Positions 41,193-49,807 of a stretch of 64,000 nt of DNA are shown piece by piece (position 1 is the stretch's first letter; each line of letters begins with the position of its first letter). Position numbers and translations under genes: made by a program. Under the pieces are notes generated by a model. The model was not told the DNA's origin, did no database searches, and saw nothing but the letters and a program-made list of their open reading frames with translations. Source of the stretch: Candidatus Saccharimonadales bacterium (GTDB lineage Bacteria > Patescibacteriota > Saccharimonadia > Saccharimonadales > JAYRRP01); assembly GCA_041910055.1 (NCBI GenBank), contig JAYRRP010000006.1, positions 5,057 to 69,056 on the forward strand, read 5' to 3'.

Positions 41193-42674
41193 TTACGTGC
41201 CCGGATTGGATGAAGTTGGCTGAGGAGTAGCCGGTTGGGCAGTGTGGTCGGTACGAGGAAACAACGTGTCCTTTAATGGGCGGATCACGCCGTCCTTAAA
41301 GACATACTTTATTTTGGCAGCTGTCTCGGGCATAAAGGGTTCAAGTAAATCAGCAATCTCAAGCAAACAACTTGCCTGATAGGCCAGCACTTCACGCAAA
41401 TGCTCGTCGTCTTTATTCTTGGCTAACAACCAGGGTTTCTCTTCGTCTACATATTGGTTCAGGCCCCTGACCTGCTCCCACACTTCATCAAGAGCGCGGT
41501 CGAATCGACATTGTTCAATTACGCTCCAATAAGGCACCGTGTCGTGTTCGCCAGGTGGGATTTCGCCAATTATCCCATTTTGGTACTTTTGGATCATCGC
41601 TGAGGTACGTTGTACAGCATTTCCAAGCTCATTAGCGAGCTCGTTATTATAAGCTTCTTCGAGTCTCTTGGCGCTATAATTACCATCTTCATAGCTTGGC
41701 AGATGGCGCAAAAAGTAATAACGAAAGGCATCAACTCCATACTTATCAATAATCTCTTTCGGATGAATATTGTTGCCTTGGCTCTTGCTTATCTTTTGCC
41801 CTTCAACCGTGATGAAACCATGCACGTAGAGTAGCTTGGACACGGGTAACCCGAGCGCAAGCAGTATGCCGGGCCACACGCCAGCGTGAAAACGCAGAAT
41901 ATCTTTGCCAATCACCTGCACATTGGCAGGCCAAAACTTCTTAAAATCAGCGTGCTCAGGATAACCAAGCACCGTGATATAGTTCATCAGCGCCTCAAAC
42001 CAGACGTACATAACCTGACTTGTATCACCCGGCACCGAGATGCCCCAGGCAATTTTCTCCTTGGGACGGCTCACACTGATATCGGCGAGGCCGTCTTTAA
42101 TCACCCTCATTATTTCGTGCTTGCGGGTAAGGGGAATTATCTGCAATTCGTCACTTGCAATTAGTTGCTCAATTTGCGGGGCATACTTGCTAAGTTTAAA
42201 AAAATAATTCTCTTCTTCGAGCTTTTCGTAAGGTTTTTTATGGTAAGGACAAACCCCTTTGTTTTCCTTGGCGACTGCCTCTGTGACAAAAGCCTCACAG
42301 CCAGTGCAATAAAGCCCCACATACTTGCCTTTGTAGATATCACCTTTCAACTTTTGCCAAATAATACGGGCACGTTGCTCATGGCCTGCATCAGTCGTGC
42401 GAATAAAACGGTCATTGCTGACATTGAGCAGCTTACTGAGGTCACGAAACTGCTGACTCATTTTATCGGCGTAGGCTTTTGGTGTGAGTTTTAACTCAGC
42501 TGCCCGTTCAGCCACTTTACCGCCGTGTTCATCGGTCCCGGTACTAAAAAGTGCTGGCTTGCTTTGCTTGCGGGCGGCCCGCGCGAGAACATCAGCCTGT
42601 AATAGCTCCATACCAAAGCCAATATGGGGCTCACCATTCACATAGGGAATAGAAGTGGTCACATAAAAATTCAT
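41193..42674 (-). CDS. metG: methionine--tRNA ligase (short form)
   Basis: Class I motifs PHIGFG (HIGH-like) and KISKSQGN (KMSKS), plus a Cys-knuckle region. Confidence 0.9.
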   Translation of the reverse strand: MNFYVTTSIPYVNGEPHIGFGMELLQADVLARAARKQSKPALFSTGTDEHGGKVAERAAELKLTPKAYADKMSQQFRDLSKLLNVSNDRFIRTTDAGHEQRARIIWQKLKGDIYKGKYVGLYCTGCEAFVTEAVAKENKGVCPYHKKPYEKLEEENYFFKLSKYAPQIEQLIASDELQIIPLTRKHEIMRVIKDGLADISVSRPKEKIAWGISVPGDTSQVMYVWFEALMNYITVLGYPEHADFKKFWPANVQVIGKDILRFHAGVWPGILLALGLPVSKLLYVHGFITVEGQKISKSQGNNIHPKEIIDKYGVDAFRYYFLRHLPSYEDGNYSAKRLEEAYNNELANELGNAVQRTSAMIQKYQNGIIGEIPPGEHDTVPYWSVIEQCRFDRALDEVWEQVRGLNQYVDEEKPWLLAKNKDDEHLREVLAYQASCLLEIADLLEPFMPETAAKIKYVFKDGVIRPLKDTLFPRTDHTAQPATPQPTSSNPGT

Positions 42675-42725
42675 AACGTTTCTAGTCTACAGTGCCTCCC
42701 CGGCCGTGCCAAATCAGAAGAAGGT

Positions 42726-44021
42726 TTATACCGGATGATCCAGATAATCCTGACAAAGACGTTCAAACACTGCGTTTGTCCAGCCAAAGCCCGTCTGTGA
42801 TGGATAGACGCCTTTGAGAGGCGGTTTGTCAGGTGAAACGACGTTGTACTTCTCTAAAAATACATGGTGACGTTCAAACCACGTCAGATTCGTCTTTAGC
42901 CACTTCAATGCAATGCGACGCGCCTCGTGAGTATATCCGTAACGCTGGAGCCCTTTAATGACTATGAAGTGCAACGGTGCCCATCCGTTGGGGTAGGCCC
43001 ATTGGGTCGGCATAGAGCCTGGCAAGGTTCCCGGCAGGCGCTGGTTTAATTGCTGGTCAGTCGTACCTAAGCCACCCTTAAATTCAAATTTCTTGAGATT
43101 TTTAACCAGTTCTTTGGCCTGTTTATCATCAGCCAGTCCTGCCCACATCGGGAAATATGCCGCCAGCGAACTCACGGTACCGCGTTTTTCCTTCACAAAA
43201 TTATAGTCATAGAATAAGTTCCTGTTATTGCTCCACATCAGTTCGTTCATGGTCTGTTTGCGGCCCATAGCTATTTGCTCCCACTCATCAGCCTTCAGCC
43301 CATTACCAAAAATCCGCTCCGCGCGGGCAAAATCCATTTCATATTTGTATAGCAAACTATTTAAATCAACCGGCAGATAATTAAGGGCTTTGCGGTTGAA
43401 CCTTGGAGTCATGTCCCAGCCGCTCTCGGCTTCGGCCAGGTCATGCAGCATATTGATATCGTAGTAACGGCTTAACCCTCGATAGACTTGTCGCCAGTTG
43501 GGTTTGGCGGTGCCCATCCATACCTTCTCATATTCATCCCTGGCCCGTTCCATGGCCCCTCTAAGCCATTTTTCGCCCGGTTGGTAACTATCATAGACAT
43601 CGAAAATAAAAGTGGTGAGAAGCGGCGGCTGTGATCGTCCGGTCAAATAAGTACGTGAAGCGTTAGGAATTGCCTTAAAGCGCCTCTGGAGGTCAAGCAG
43701 ATTAGTAAGAATTCCCGTCACCAGTTCCTGATGCTCACGGTCAAGCATGCCCTGAACCATAAAGTAGCTGTCCCAGTAGTACATTTCGTTAAAATCAAAC
43801 TCGTGTCCGGCTTCGAACGCCGGCACTAGATAAGGTTCAGGCAGGCCGAGCAATGTTTCATCGTCTTTGGGGTGATAACGTTTCAGCTTTTCCCAATACG
43901 CAGCAATGTATTCCCGGGCAGTCTGGACTTCGTCCAGATGCACCCGAATATCATCCGGCACGATTAACGAGCGGGCTTTCTCAGCAACAGATTTGGCCGT
44001 CTGCTTGGCTTTTTGCAACAT
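42726..44021 (-). CDS. alpha,alpha-trehalase (GH37), cytoplasmic type
   Basis: GH37 signature-like motifs EMYYWDSYF and QWAYPNGWAPL, plus RSQPP. No signal peptide seen. Confidence 0.85.
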   Translation of the reverse strand: MLQKAKQTAKSVAEKARSLIVPDDIRVHLDEVQTAREYIAAYWEKLKRYHPKDDETLLGLPEPYLVPAFEAGHEFDFNEMYYWDSYFMVQGMLDREHQELVTGILTNLLDLQRRFKAIPNASRTYLTGRSQPPLLTTFIFDVYDSYQPGEKWLRGAMERARDEYEKVWMGTAKPNWRQVYRGLSRYYDINMLHDLAEAESGWDMTPRFNRKALNYLPVDLNSLLYKYEMDFARAERIFGNGLKADEWEQIAMGRKQTMNELMWSNNRNLFYDYNFVKEKRGTVSSLAAYFPMWAGLADDKQAKELVKNLKKFEFKGGLGTTDQQLNQRLPGTLPGSMPTQWAYPNGWAPLHFIVIKGLQRYGYTHEARRIALKWLKTNLTWFERHHVFLEKYNVVSPDKPPLKGVYPSQTGFGWTNAVFERLCQDYLDHPV

Positions 44022-44110
44022 ATTACTATCAAGCCTAGGACGGTGAAGAGCCTACGTCAAGACAAGCATAGACATTTTATATATGGCATAATAAGTTCAA
44101 GCGAGGTCCT

Positions 44111-44515
44111 ATGCTACATAAATTCCACTCTCACCCGCTCCAAACCCGCCTACTTATGGCTGTATTGGTACTTTTAGCTCTGAGCGGAATTGCTGGTGGC
44201 CTAGCCATGATCCGCGATACTTCCGCCGCTGGATTCCTGCACCTATCACCAACTCTCCTTGAGCACGCCCCAGTACATAGCTATTTTTGGCCCGGTATGT
44301 TTCTGATTGGTGTCTTCGGCATCATTCCACTCGCTACCGCGCTTGAATTATGGGTAGGCGAACGGCATGCGTGGACAGCAGCCTTTGGAATAGGGGTCAT
44401 CTTAGCTGCCTGGATGACTTACGAAATACTGGTCATTGATTTTCACCCCCTGCAACTACTGTATTTTGCAATTGCATTTATCATCATGGGTCTGGCGCTC
44501 AGTAGCAGGCAATAA
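44111..44515 (+). CDS. integral membrane protein (134 aa)
   Basis: Four hydrophobic segments. No family recognised. Confidence 0.5.
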   Translation: MLHKFHSHPLQTRLLMAVLVLLALSGIAGGLAMIRDTSAAGFLHLSPTLLEHAPVHSYFWPGMFLIGVFGIIPLATALELWVGERHAWTAAFGIGVILAAWMTYEILVIDFHPLQLLYFAIAFIIMGLALSSRQ

Positions 44516-44560
44516 GCAAGCTGCCAATCCTCATATGTTTTTACGTTATACTAAAGGCAA

Positions 44561-44986
44561 ATGAACAGCTATCTGCACTTTCGACTTGGTGCGCATGAGT
44601 TGCAGTTTTTATTTGATTTGCTGTTGGCGATGGCCTGCGGGATGGCGATTGGTTTAGAACGGGAGCTAAAGCGCAAACCTGCTGGAGTCAGCACACAGAC
44701 ATTAGTCGTGGGCGGATCAATGATATTCGCATTCCTGTCGCACGATATTGGGGCAGGCGACCCCACGCGTATTGCTGCCCAGATAGTCACCGGCATAGGT
44801 TTCCTGGGAGCAGGAATTATTCTCAGGTCCAAAAGCTCCGGCAGGGTTGTGAATGTGACTACCGCCGCCAGCATCTGGTTCTCGGCTGGCATTGGCATGG
44901 CGATTGGCTTTAACCTCCATCTCATCGCCATTATGGCAACTATTTATTCGGTCGTCATTTCCCGTATTCCGCGTGTCCGGCGTTGA
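44561..44986 (+). CDS. MgtC/SapB family membrane protein
   Basis: GLERE...KPAGVSTQ and the following TM pattern are typical of the MgtC N-terminal domain. Confidence 0.75.
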   Translation: MNSYLHFRLGAHELQFLFDLLLAMACGMAIGLERELKRKPAGVSTQTLVVGGSMIFAFLSHDIGAGDPTRIAAQIVTGIGFLGAGIILRSKSSGRVVNVTTAASIWFSAGIGMAIGFNLHLIAIMATIYSVVISRIPRVRR

Positions 44987-45055
44987 TCTAAGCAACCTTA
45001 TACTAGGAGTTTTTACGTATCGTTTTATTACACCACTCGGTGATATGGTCTATTA

Positions 45056-45361
45056 CTAATACTGCTGTAGTTCTTTGGTGTCTTTAAGTATTTCCTGTGC
45101 CTTCTGCTCGACTCTTTGGCCTTGGTCCGGTTTGCCATGGTTTACAATCGCATAGCCAGCATAAAAGATAATGCTTATAATCGTAGAAAGCGCAAGATAG
45201 ATTAAGAGTTTCTTCGGGATAAAATGCTTAGTCGGTGGCTTTAGTTTTTGCTGCATGTCATAGTCAAGGTTTGCCATTTCCATCAACGCCGCAGCGTACT
45301 TCTCGTCCTTTACTCTTTCAGCAGGATTATTCTTAGCGGTCTGTGCAGATTGCCCATCCAT
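45056..45361 (-). CDS. hypothetical single-TM protein (101 aa)
   Basis: ORF with one central TM helix. Confidence 0.45.
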   Translation of the reverse strand: MDGQSAQTAKNNPAERVKDEKYAAALMEMANLDYDMQQKLKPPTKHFIPKKLLIYLALSTIISIIFYAGYAIVNHGKPDQGQRVEQKAQEILKDTKELQQY

Positions 45362-45395
45362 ACGTCCAATAGTAGCACAAGCGTATTTATGTTCT

Positions 45396-45728
45396 CTATG
45401 ACTCTAGAGAATTGAGCTCACTTTGCTGTATCGCTAGCTTGGCAAGTTCAGCACGTTGCTTCCTTATCTCACGACGCTCGCGCGCAGTCGTGCGGCCCCA
45501 AATCCCAAGGGTTTGAGGGTTTCTGACGGCATATTCAAGACATACCATCCTGACATCACAGTCTGCACATACTGCTTTAGCCTCTGCAACTGCAGCGTTT
45601 TCACCTTGCCCTGCAAAAAAGATATCACGATCTTTATTGACACAGTTGGCTCCTTCTTGCCAGACAAAAGATTCAAGATATTCGTCGGAAAGTTCTTCCG
45701 GTGCAATTGTAAGCTCACCTTCAGGCAT
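45396..45728 (-). CDS. WhiB-like (Wbl) Fe-S transcriptional regulator
   Basis: Four Cys in Wbl spacing (C-x25-C-x2-C-x5-C: ANCVNKD...VCADCDVRMVC). G[IV]WGG-like turn GIWGRTT, then a basic tail RERREIRKQR. Start set at MPEGEL. Confidence 0.75.
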   Translation of the reverse strand: MPEGELTIAPEELSDEYLESFVWQEGANCVNKDRDIFFAGQGENAAVAEAKAVCADCDVRMVCLEYAVRNPQTLGIWGRTTARERREIRKQRAELAKLAIQQSELNSLES

Positions 45729-45893
45729 AATAACCACATTGTAAAACTTCAAGACCTCTATGCAAGCATAAGCAAAACAAAGTTTTCGGCTAAGCATAAA
45801 CTTTAATACACCATTCCTCGAACAAAAAATCTTTCATTCAGTGAAAGGTTCCTTATAGTGAGCCGGGCGCAAAAGTTCGAAGCAATATCTTAA

Positions 45894-46160
45894 TTAACTT
45901 CCGGATTTGAACAAATGCCAAATTTTATGAGGAGTACGCTTCCAGCCTTCTTCTTTCGCAGCTTTCACCGCAACTTCCCCCACAAACCAAAGTCCTATCA
46001 ATCCAATGATAATCTGCACTCCCCATATTGCCAGCCTGAATTTCTGAGCCGAAGCTGGATCTGTCAGTTGATTATTATTGTGAGCTATGAAGATAAGTAA
46101 TTGCGCAAAAGGCAGCCATGACAGAATTATTAACAAAATCCCTAGCCTTACTCTGAACAT
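45894..46160 (-). CDS. small membrane protein (start at MFRV, near-leaderless)
   Basis: Three hydrophobic segments. A TATAAT lies 7 nt upstream of the ATG at 46160 on the minus strand. Confidence 0.45.
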   Translation of the reverse strand: MFRVRLGILLIILSWLPFAQLLIFIAHNNNQLTDPASAQKFRLAIWGVQIIIGLIGLWFVGEVAVKAAKEEGWKRTPHKIWHLFKSGS

Positions 46161-46244
46161 GAGTAAATTATAACAAAGGCACCCCCCCACGAAGAGAGGA
46201 TTCTTCGTGGGGTAAAGCGAGGCTCAATACGTAAGCTGGAAATG

Positions 46245-46273
46245 AAAAAGCCCCAGCTTTTTCATGAAAGCTG
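46245..46273 (-). terminator. probable original ssrA terminator, now separated from the tmRNA body by the island
   Basis: On the minus strand, just after the orphan ...CCAGCTCCACCA copy, CAGCTTT / AAAGCTG forms a stem followed by GGGCTTTTT. Confidence 0.5.
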
Positions 46274-46722
46274 AAGCATTGAATGAGCTGGTGGAGCTGG
46301 CGGGTACACGTTGCTTCGCAACTTGTCCAGAAGTTTACATACTACCAACAAGTTGGTGTCTGAAATTTCTCTTGCAGATTGCCACTGGCAATCCTCACCC
46401 TCTCGGGGCAGTCCCCACCATACAAACTTTACCAAAGAAAAGACCCCACTTTTCAAGTGAGGTACTTTCTTTGGTGGACCACCTTGAAAATAGTGCACCC
46501 CTCATCTTTGAAGAAATACGGAGATGGCGAAATATAATCTGGGACGACTACTTGGAGCATAAATACCGTAAAGAACGCCTCACAGATACACTAGTCCCCT
46601 CAGGGTATACACCACACACTACCGAACTCGCTGTTAGTGGTAAGGCGGGTGGTGCACGGGCCCAATCCCCACGTGATTTAGAAAATAGTGTTTTAGGAGT
46701 AAGAGATGGCAACTCTAATTAG
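46264..46722 (+). CDS. open frame crossing attL; candidate displaced 3' segment of the serine recombinase gene
   Basis: The frame stays open for 137 codons inside the island after the core and has no internal ATG. The only ATG (46264) lies 25 nt outside the island. Codon phase across the core matches that of the recombinase at attR. Confidence 0.35.
   Translation: MKAEALNELVELAGTRCFATCPEVYILPTSWCLKFLLQIATGNPHPLGAVPTIQTLPKKRPHFSSEVLSLVDHLENSAPLIFEEIRRWRNIIWDDYLEHKYRKERLTDTLVPSGYTPHTTELAVSGKAGGARAQSPRDLENSVLGVRDGNSN
46289..46307. repeat. left att core (attL): orphan 3' end of tmRNA
   Basis: TGGTGGAGCTGGCGGGTAC is identical to 56142-56160. Confidence 0.85.
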
Positions 46723-47203
46723 TGATGTAACTGAAATTGACTTGTATGACTGTCTTCTGCAAGACCCCTTCCGTCATTTTGGTCAGATACGAGCTTATAT
46801 ACCGTACCCGTACAATCAAACTGTTTATCTTTCATTAAGCAACACTAAGCAGCGGTACGGACGTAGGACTTGGTTCTTGTGTAGTCATTGCGGTAAAAGG
46901 GTTTCAAAGCTGTACGTAATCGGAGGTAACATAGCGTGCAGACACTGCTTCGGTCTGAAATATGATAGCCAGTACCGAAAAGACCCGTTGAGTAGAATGA
47001 GTGTCAAGGAGCGAAAACTGGCAAGATACGAAAGTCAAAAACGCCGTTTCTGGTATGCCGGTTCACTTACTCAATTTGGCAAGCGATATTATAAGCACCG
47101 TGAAGATATGGAAGCCATCAATCAGGAAGTTATTGAGTACTTTCAAAAAATGGACAGCAAGCTCTATTCAGGTAAGCGTGAGGCAACATCGCGAATTGCC
47201 TGA
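46706..47203 (+). CDS. hypothetical zinc-ribbon protein (165 aa)
   Basis: AGGAG lies 7 nt upstream of the ATG. CxxC...CxxC pair (CSHCGKRV...ACRHCFGL). The start overlaps the preceding frame by 17 nt. Confidence 0.6.
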   Translation: MATLISDVTEIDLYDCLLQDPFRHFGQIRAYIPYPYNQTVYLSLSNTKQRYGRRTWFLCSHCGKRVSKLYVIGGNIACRHCFGLKYDSQYRKDPLSRMSVKERKLARYESQKRRFWYAGSLTQFGKRYYKHREDMEAINQEVIEYFQKMDSKLYSGKREATSRIA

Positions 47204-47463
47204 GTAAAGGGTGTGTCTGATTGTTGGACTTCTGCTGGCAGATCACTAAATGGCACAAGGGACTTATTATCAGGGTCAAACTTAGTAGCCCACGCAGACC
47301 ACGTGTCGTGGACATCTTCGTTGGTAACGGCCGTGCCTTTGCTTAGTGCCAGCACGGCATACGCGTTGAACAGCTCATCAAGGCCTTTTTCAGGTAACTC
47401 TGATGGGCTAAATTTGCTACGTATTTGGTTCGCTAGGTCTCGTATATAGGTTTCGTCAGCCAT
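47164..47463 (-). CDS. small acidic soluble protein (99 aa), third gene of the TIR-like operon
   Basis: The ATG shares the TAATG junction with the stop of the upstream gene. No family recognised. Confidence 0.55.
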   Translation of the reverse strand: MADETYIRDLANQIRSKFSPSELPEKGLDELFNAYAVLALSKGTAVTNEDVHDTWSAWATKFDPDNKSLVPFSDLPAEVQQSDTPFTQAIRDVASRLPE

Positions 47464-47945
47464 TACTTAATAATAACCCCGCCGAGTGCTCCGACTAGCA
47501 CAAGAACGTAAATCAAGCCAAAGACTACCGGAACAATACCCTCAATGTTGGTAAGGTCGGTGTACCTGTCCTTGAATGTTATCCAGCGTTTACGCCAGCC
47601 CTTTGGTTCGTCAGTTTTAGCACCTTTGAGGAGTTCCCACTCATCTGTGAAAATCTGGCAAGGCAAGTCTTCTTCCATTTTGTTAATAACAGCGTATTTT
47701 GCCTTGTTTAGGCGTTTGTAAGACCGTATAGCGAAGAACCAGGTAAAGGCCAGGACAATACCGACTGCTGACATAAAAATCAGTACAGCTCTTTTATCTT
47801 CGGCTAGTTTGCCGTACATAAATCCCAGCAGCGTTACGAGGGTTGAGTTGAGCGTTAGAAAGAAGCCGTTGGCAGTCATACGGCGTGCTGATACACGGTC
47901 TGCCATTTCTACTGCTGTCTTGTAGATGTCCAGCTTGTCGCTCAT
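47463..47945 (-). CDS. 3-TM membrane protein (160 aa), possible SLATT-like 2TM effector
   Basis: N-terminal amphipathic helix, a TM hairpin (FFLTLNSTLVTLLGF / LIFMSAVGIVLAFTWFFAI), a loop of about 60 aa and a C-terminal TM helix. Starts 4 nt after the TIR-like gene stop. Confidence 0.6.
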   Translation of the reverse strand: MSDKLDIYKTAVEMADRVSARRMTANGFFLTLNSTLVTLLGFMYGKLAEDKRAVLIFMSAVGIVLAFTWFFAIRSYKRLNKAKYAVINKMEEDLPCQIFTDEWELLKGAKTDEPKGWRKRWITFKDRYTDLTNIEGIVPVVFGLIYVLVLVGALGGVIIK

Positions 47946-47949
47946 AAAT

Positions 47950-48324
47950 TTAAAGCCCGTTGATGAAGTCGGCTAGTCCGTCCCACGTCCAAGTAATACA
48001 CTTCTGACCATTCATAATCGTAGGTGTTGTTTTGTCTTCTTTGTAGATGTATAGCCCGACCAGTGGCTTGGCTTCTTCAATAGCACATCCGATTTCCCAG
48101 AGTTCGCCCTCGGCGTCTGGCGAGTTCTTGCTAAGTAGGGCGATTACGCCATCAGAGCCCCTAATACGGGTACGCACACTGTCTTTCCACCCACTGTCGT
48201 AAGGCTCTTTTACGGACATATCAACATATTCAAACTCGGTATCAACGTGAAGACTCTGTCCTTTGATTAGATCACGTATTCGCTCATCCTCTTTTGCAAA
48301 CGCTATAAAAATTCGCTTCGCCAT
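47950..48324 (-). CDS. stand-alone TIR-like protein (ThsB/DUF1863-type)
   Basis: 124 aa. KRIFIAFAKED start, VIALLSKNS..., then LWEIGCAIEE (W-E-I with the candidate catalytic Glu), KPLVGLYI and a terminal W..L..FI. This matches my memory of the MTH538/ThsB TIR-like family profile. GGGAGG RBS. Confidence 0.7.
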   Translation of the reverse strand: MAKRIFIAFAKEDERIRDLIKGQSLHVDTEFEYVDMSVKEPYDSGWKDSVRTRIRGSDGVIALLSKNSPDAEGELWEIGCAIEEAKPLVGLYIYKEDKTTPTIMNGQKCITWTWDGLADFINGL

Positions 48325-48392
48325 TGTATTCCGCCTCCCGTTATTCCGTACTAATATTGTACTTCTCTTTTTATCAGGAAAGAAATAGAGAT

Positions 48393-48420
48393 TTGACGTA
48401 ATACCCCCCTGGGGTATATT
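48393..48420 (+). promoter_or_regulatory. promoter with embedded CsoR-type operator
   Basis: TTGACG (48393-48398), 16-nt spacer, TATATT (48415-48420). The spacer holds the inverted repeat ATACCCC-cct-GGGGTAT (48401-48417), which resembles known CsoR operators. Confidence 0.6.
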
Positions 48421-48428
48421 GTTAAGGT

Positions 48429-48713
48429 ATGATTGGCAACATAAAACAACGAGCGTTGCACCGAGCCAAGATACTTGAGGGTCAGATGCGTGGCGTACAA
48501 AAGATGATTGAAAACGAAGATTACTGTATGGACATACTTACACAGAGCCTGGCTATTCAAAAGTCTATCGGCTCACTCAATAAGCTAATACTTGAAAACC
48601 ACGTGCGAACACATATCAAAGAAAACCTCGGCTCAAGTTCCGAAAAGGAACAAGAAAAAGCTATTGCCGAGCTACTGTCCTTATACGAGTTAAGCAATGT
48701 GAGGGGTAAATAA
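48429..48713 (+). CDS. csoR: CsoR/RcnR family metal-sensing repressor
   Basis: 94 aa. RLKRIEGQ-like ILEGQMRGVQKMIENEDYCMDILTQ with the C...H..C ligand context of the DUF156 family. Confidence 0.85.
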   Translation: MIGNIKQRALHRAKILEGQMRGVQKMIENEDYCMDILTQSLAIQKSIGSLNKLILENHVRTHIKENLGSSSEKEQEKAIAELLSLYELSNVRGK

Positions 48714-48715
48714 TT

Positions 48716-49084
48716 GTGAAGTTAGTGGCAGCTATCAAACACACACTTGTTTTGCTAGTTGTCTTATTGCTTAACTCTGTTAGTTTCGCTGGACACTCGG
48801 CTGCTATGAGCAGTATGTCGCACGAGATGAGTGGTATGAACCACAGCTCAAGCGATGCAACTTCCTGTGCTACCCTTTGCCGCACGGCAGTTATAAACAA
48901 AGAAGATAACATCATCAATAATGATGAGAGAGAAAATGATACTGAACCAGCCGTACCGTTCTACGTACAGAACCAGCCACTAAAGCTAGATGAAAAATCT
49001 GTTTCGCAACGGCTCTACGCTGCCGAAACAAAACCGCCGCCAAAAATACCAATCTACATACTCTACGGTGTTTTCAGAACGTAG
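48716..49084 (+). CDS. secreted/membrane Met-His-rich protein (possible metal binding)
   Basis: GTG start after GAGGGG. Signal-like N-terminus, then HSAAMSSMSHEMSGMNHSSSD. Confidence 0.5.
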   Translation: MKLVAAIKHTLVLLVVLLLNSVSFAGHSAAMSSMSHEMSGMNHSSSDATSCATLCRTAVINKEDNIINNDERENDTEPAVPFYVQNQPLKLDEKSVSQRLYAAETKPPPKIPIYILYGVFRT

Positions 49085-49132
49085 GATTTGCTTGTACTGA
49101 CAAGCACTTTCTAACGTAATTTTGGAGAACCT

Positions 49133-49801
49133 ATGAAGAAGAACAATATAATCATCGTCGCTATAGTTGCCGTTGTAGCTATTGCTGGCGTAAGTATTTA
49201 CGCTATTAGCAAAAACAACGATAGCGGAATGATGGACAACAACAATATGATGAGCAATAACTCATCACAGCAGTCTGCTGCTGGCTCGGTAGATAAAAAC
49301 TCGTCCGAATATAAGATGTACAGTGAGTTAAAAGGTGAAGACTACGACAGGATGTTCCTTGCCAATATGATTGCCCACCATCAAGGGGCGGTTGATATGG
49401 CGAACCTTGCGTTGACCAGTGCCAAGCACCAGGAGCTAAGGGATATGGCAAATAACATCGTATCGGCTCAAACCAAAGAGATTGGCGATATGCAAAGCTG
49501 GCAGACGGCGTGGAGCTACCCTGCAAGCAGCGGTTCAATGATGGAGGACCACTCATCAATGGGGATGATGAACGATATGGCTGGTATGACCGACAAGCTC
49601 AAGGGTCTATCAGGCGATGCGTTTGATAAGGCGTTTTTATCCTCAATGATTGAACACCATCAGTCAGCTATCAATATGGCTTACTCTGGGCAGACAAATG
49701 CCCAACACCAGGAAGTAAAAACGCTTACAAAAGCCATTGTTGACGCTCAGAGCAAAGAAATTGCTCAGATGAAACAGTGGCAAAAAGACTGGGGGTACTA
49801 G
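49133..49801 (+). CDS. DUF305 domain protein (tandem repeat), exported
   Basis: Two copies of the F...MI.HHQ.A..MA motif (FLANMIAHHQGAVDMA, FLSSMIEHHQSAINMA). N-terminal TM or signal segment. Confidence 0.8.
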   Translation: MKKNNIIIVAIVAVVAIAGVSIYAISKNNDSGMMDNNNMMSNNSSQQSAAGSVDKNSSEYKMYSELKGEDYDRMFLANMIAHHQGAVDMANLALTSAKHQELRDMANNIVSAQTKEIGDMQSWQTAWSYPASSGSMMEDHSSMGMMNDMAGMTDKLKGLSGDAFDKAFLSSMIEHHQSAINMAYSGQTNAQHQEVKTLTKAIVDAQSKEIAQMKQWQKDWGY

Positions 49802-49807
49802 AAAACT

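Noticed and set aside
46185-46212. The perfect 10-bp hairpin CCCCACGAAG-agaggatt-CTTCGTGGGG as a second att-related site.
   Set aside because: It lies outside the direct repeats and has no second copy in the window. It is more simply read as a terminator or insulator between the ssrA terminator region and the downstream small membrane-protein gene.
46306-46700. I first suspected that the tmRNA body lay here, because the region begins with the ...CCAGCTCCACCA complement.
   Set aside because: No GGGGCTG 5' acceptor strand or tag region could be found here. A complete tmRNA, with 5' GGGGCTGAATTTTAAGCTCGACG, a tag frame and a T-arm, lies at 56142-56533. The left copy is only the 19-nt att duplicate.
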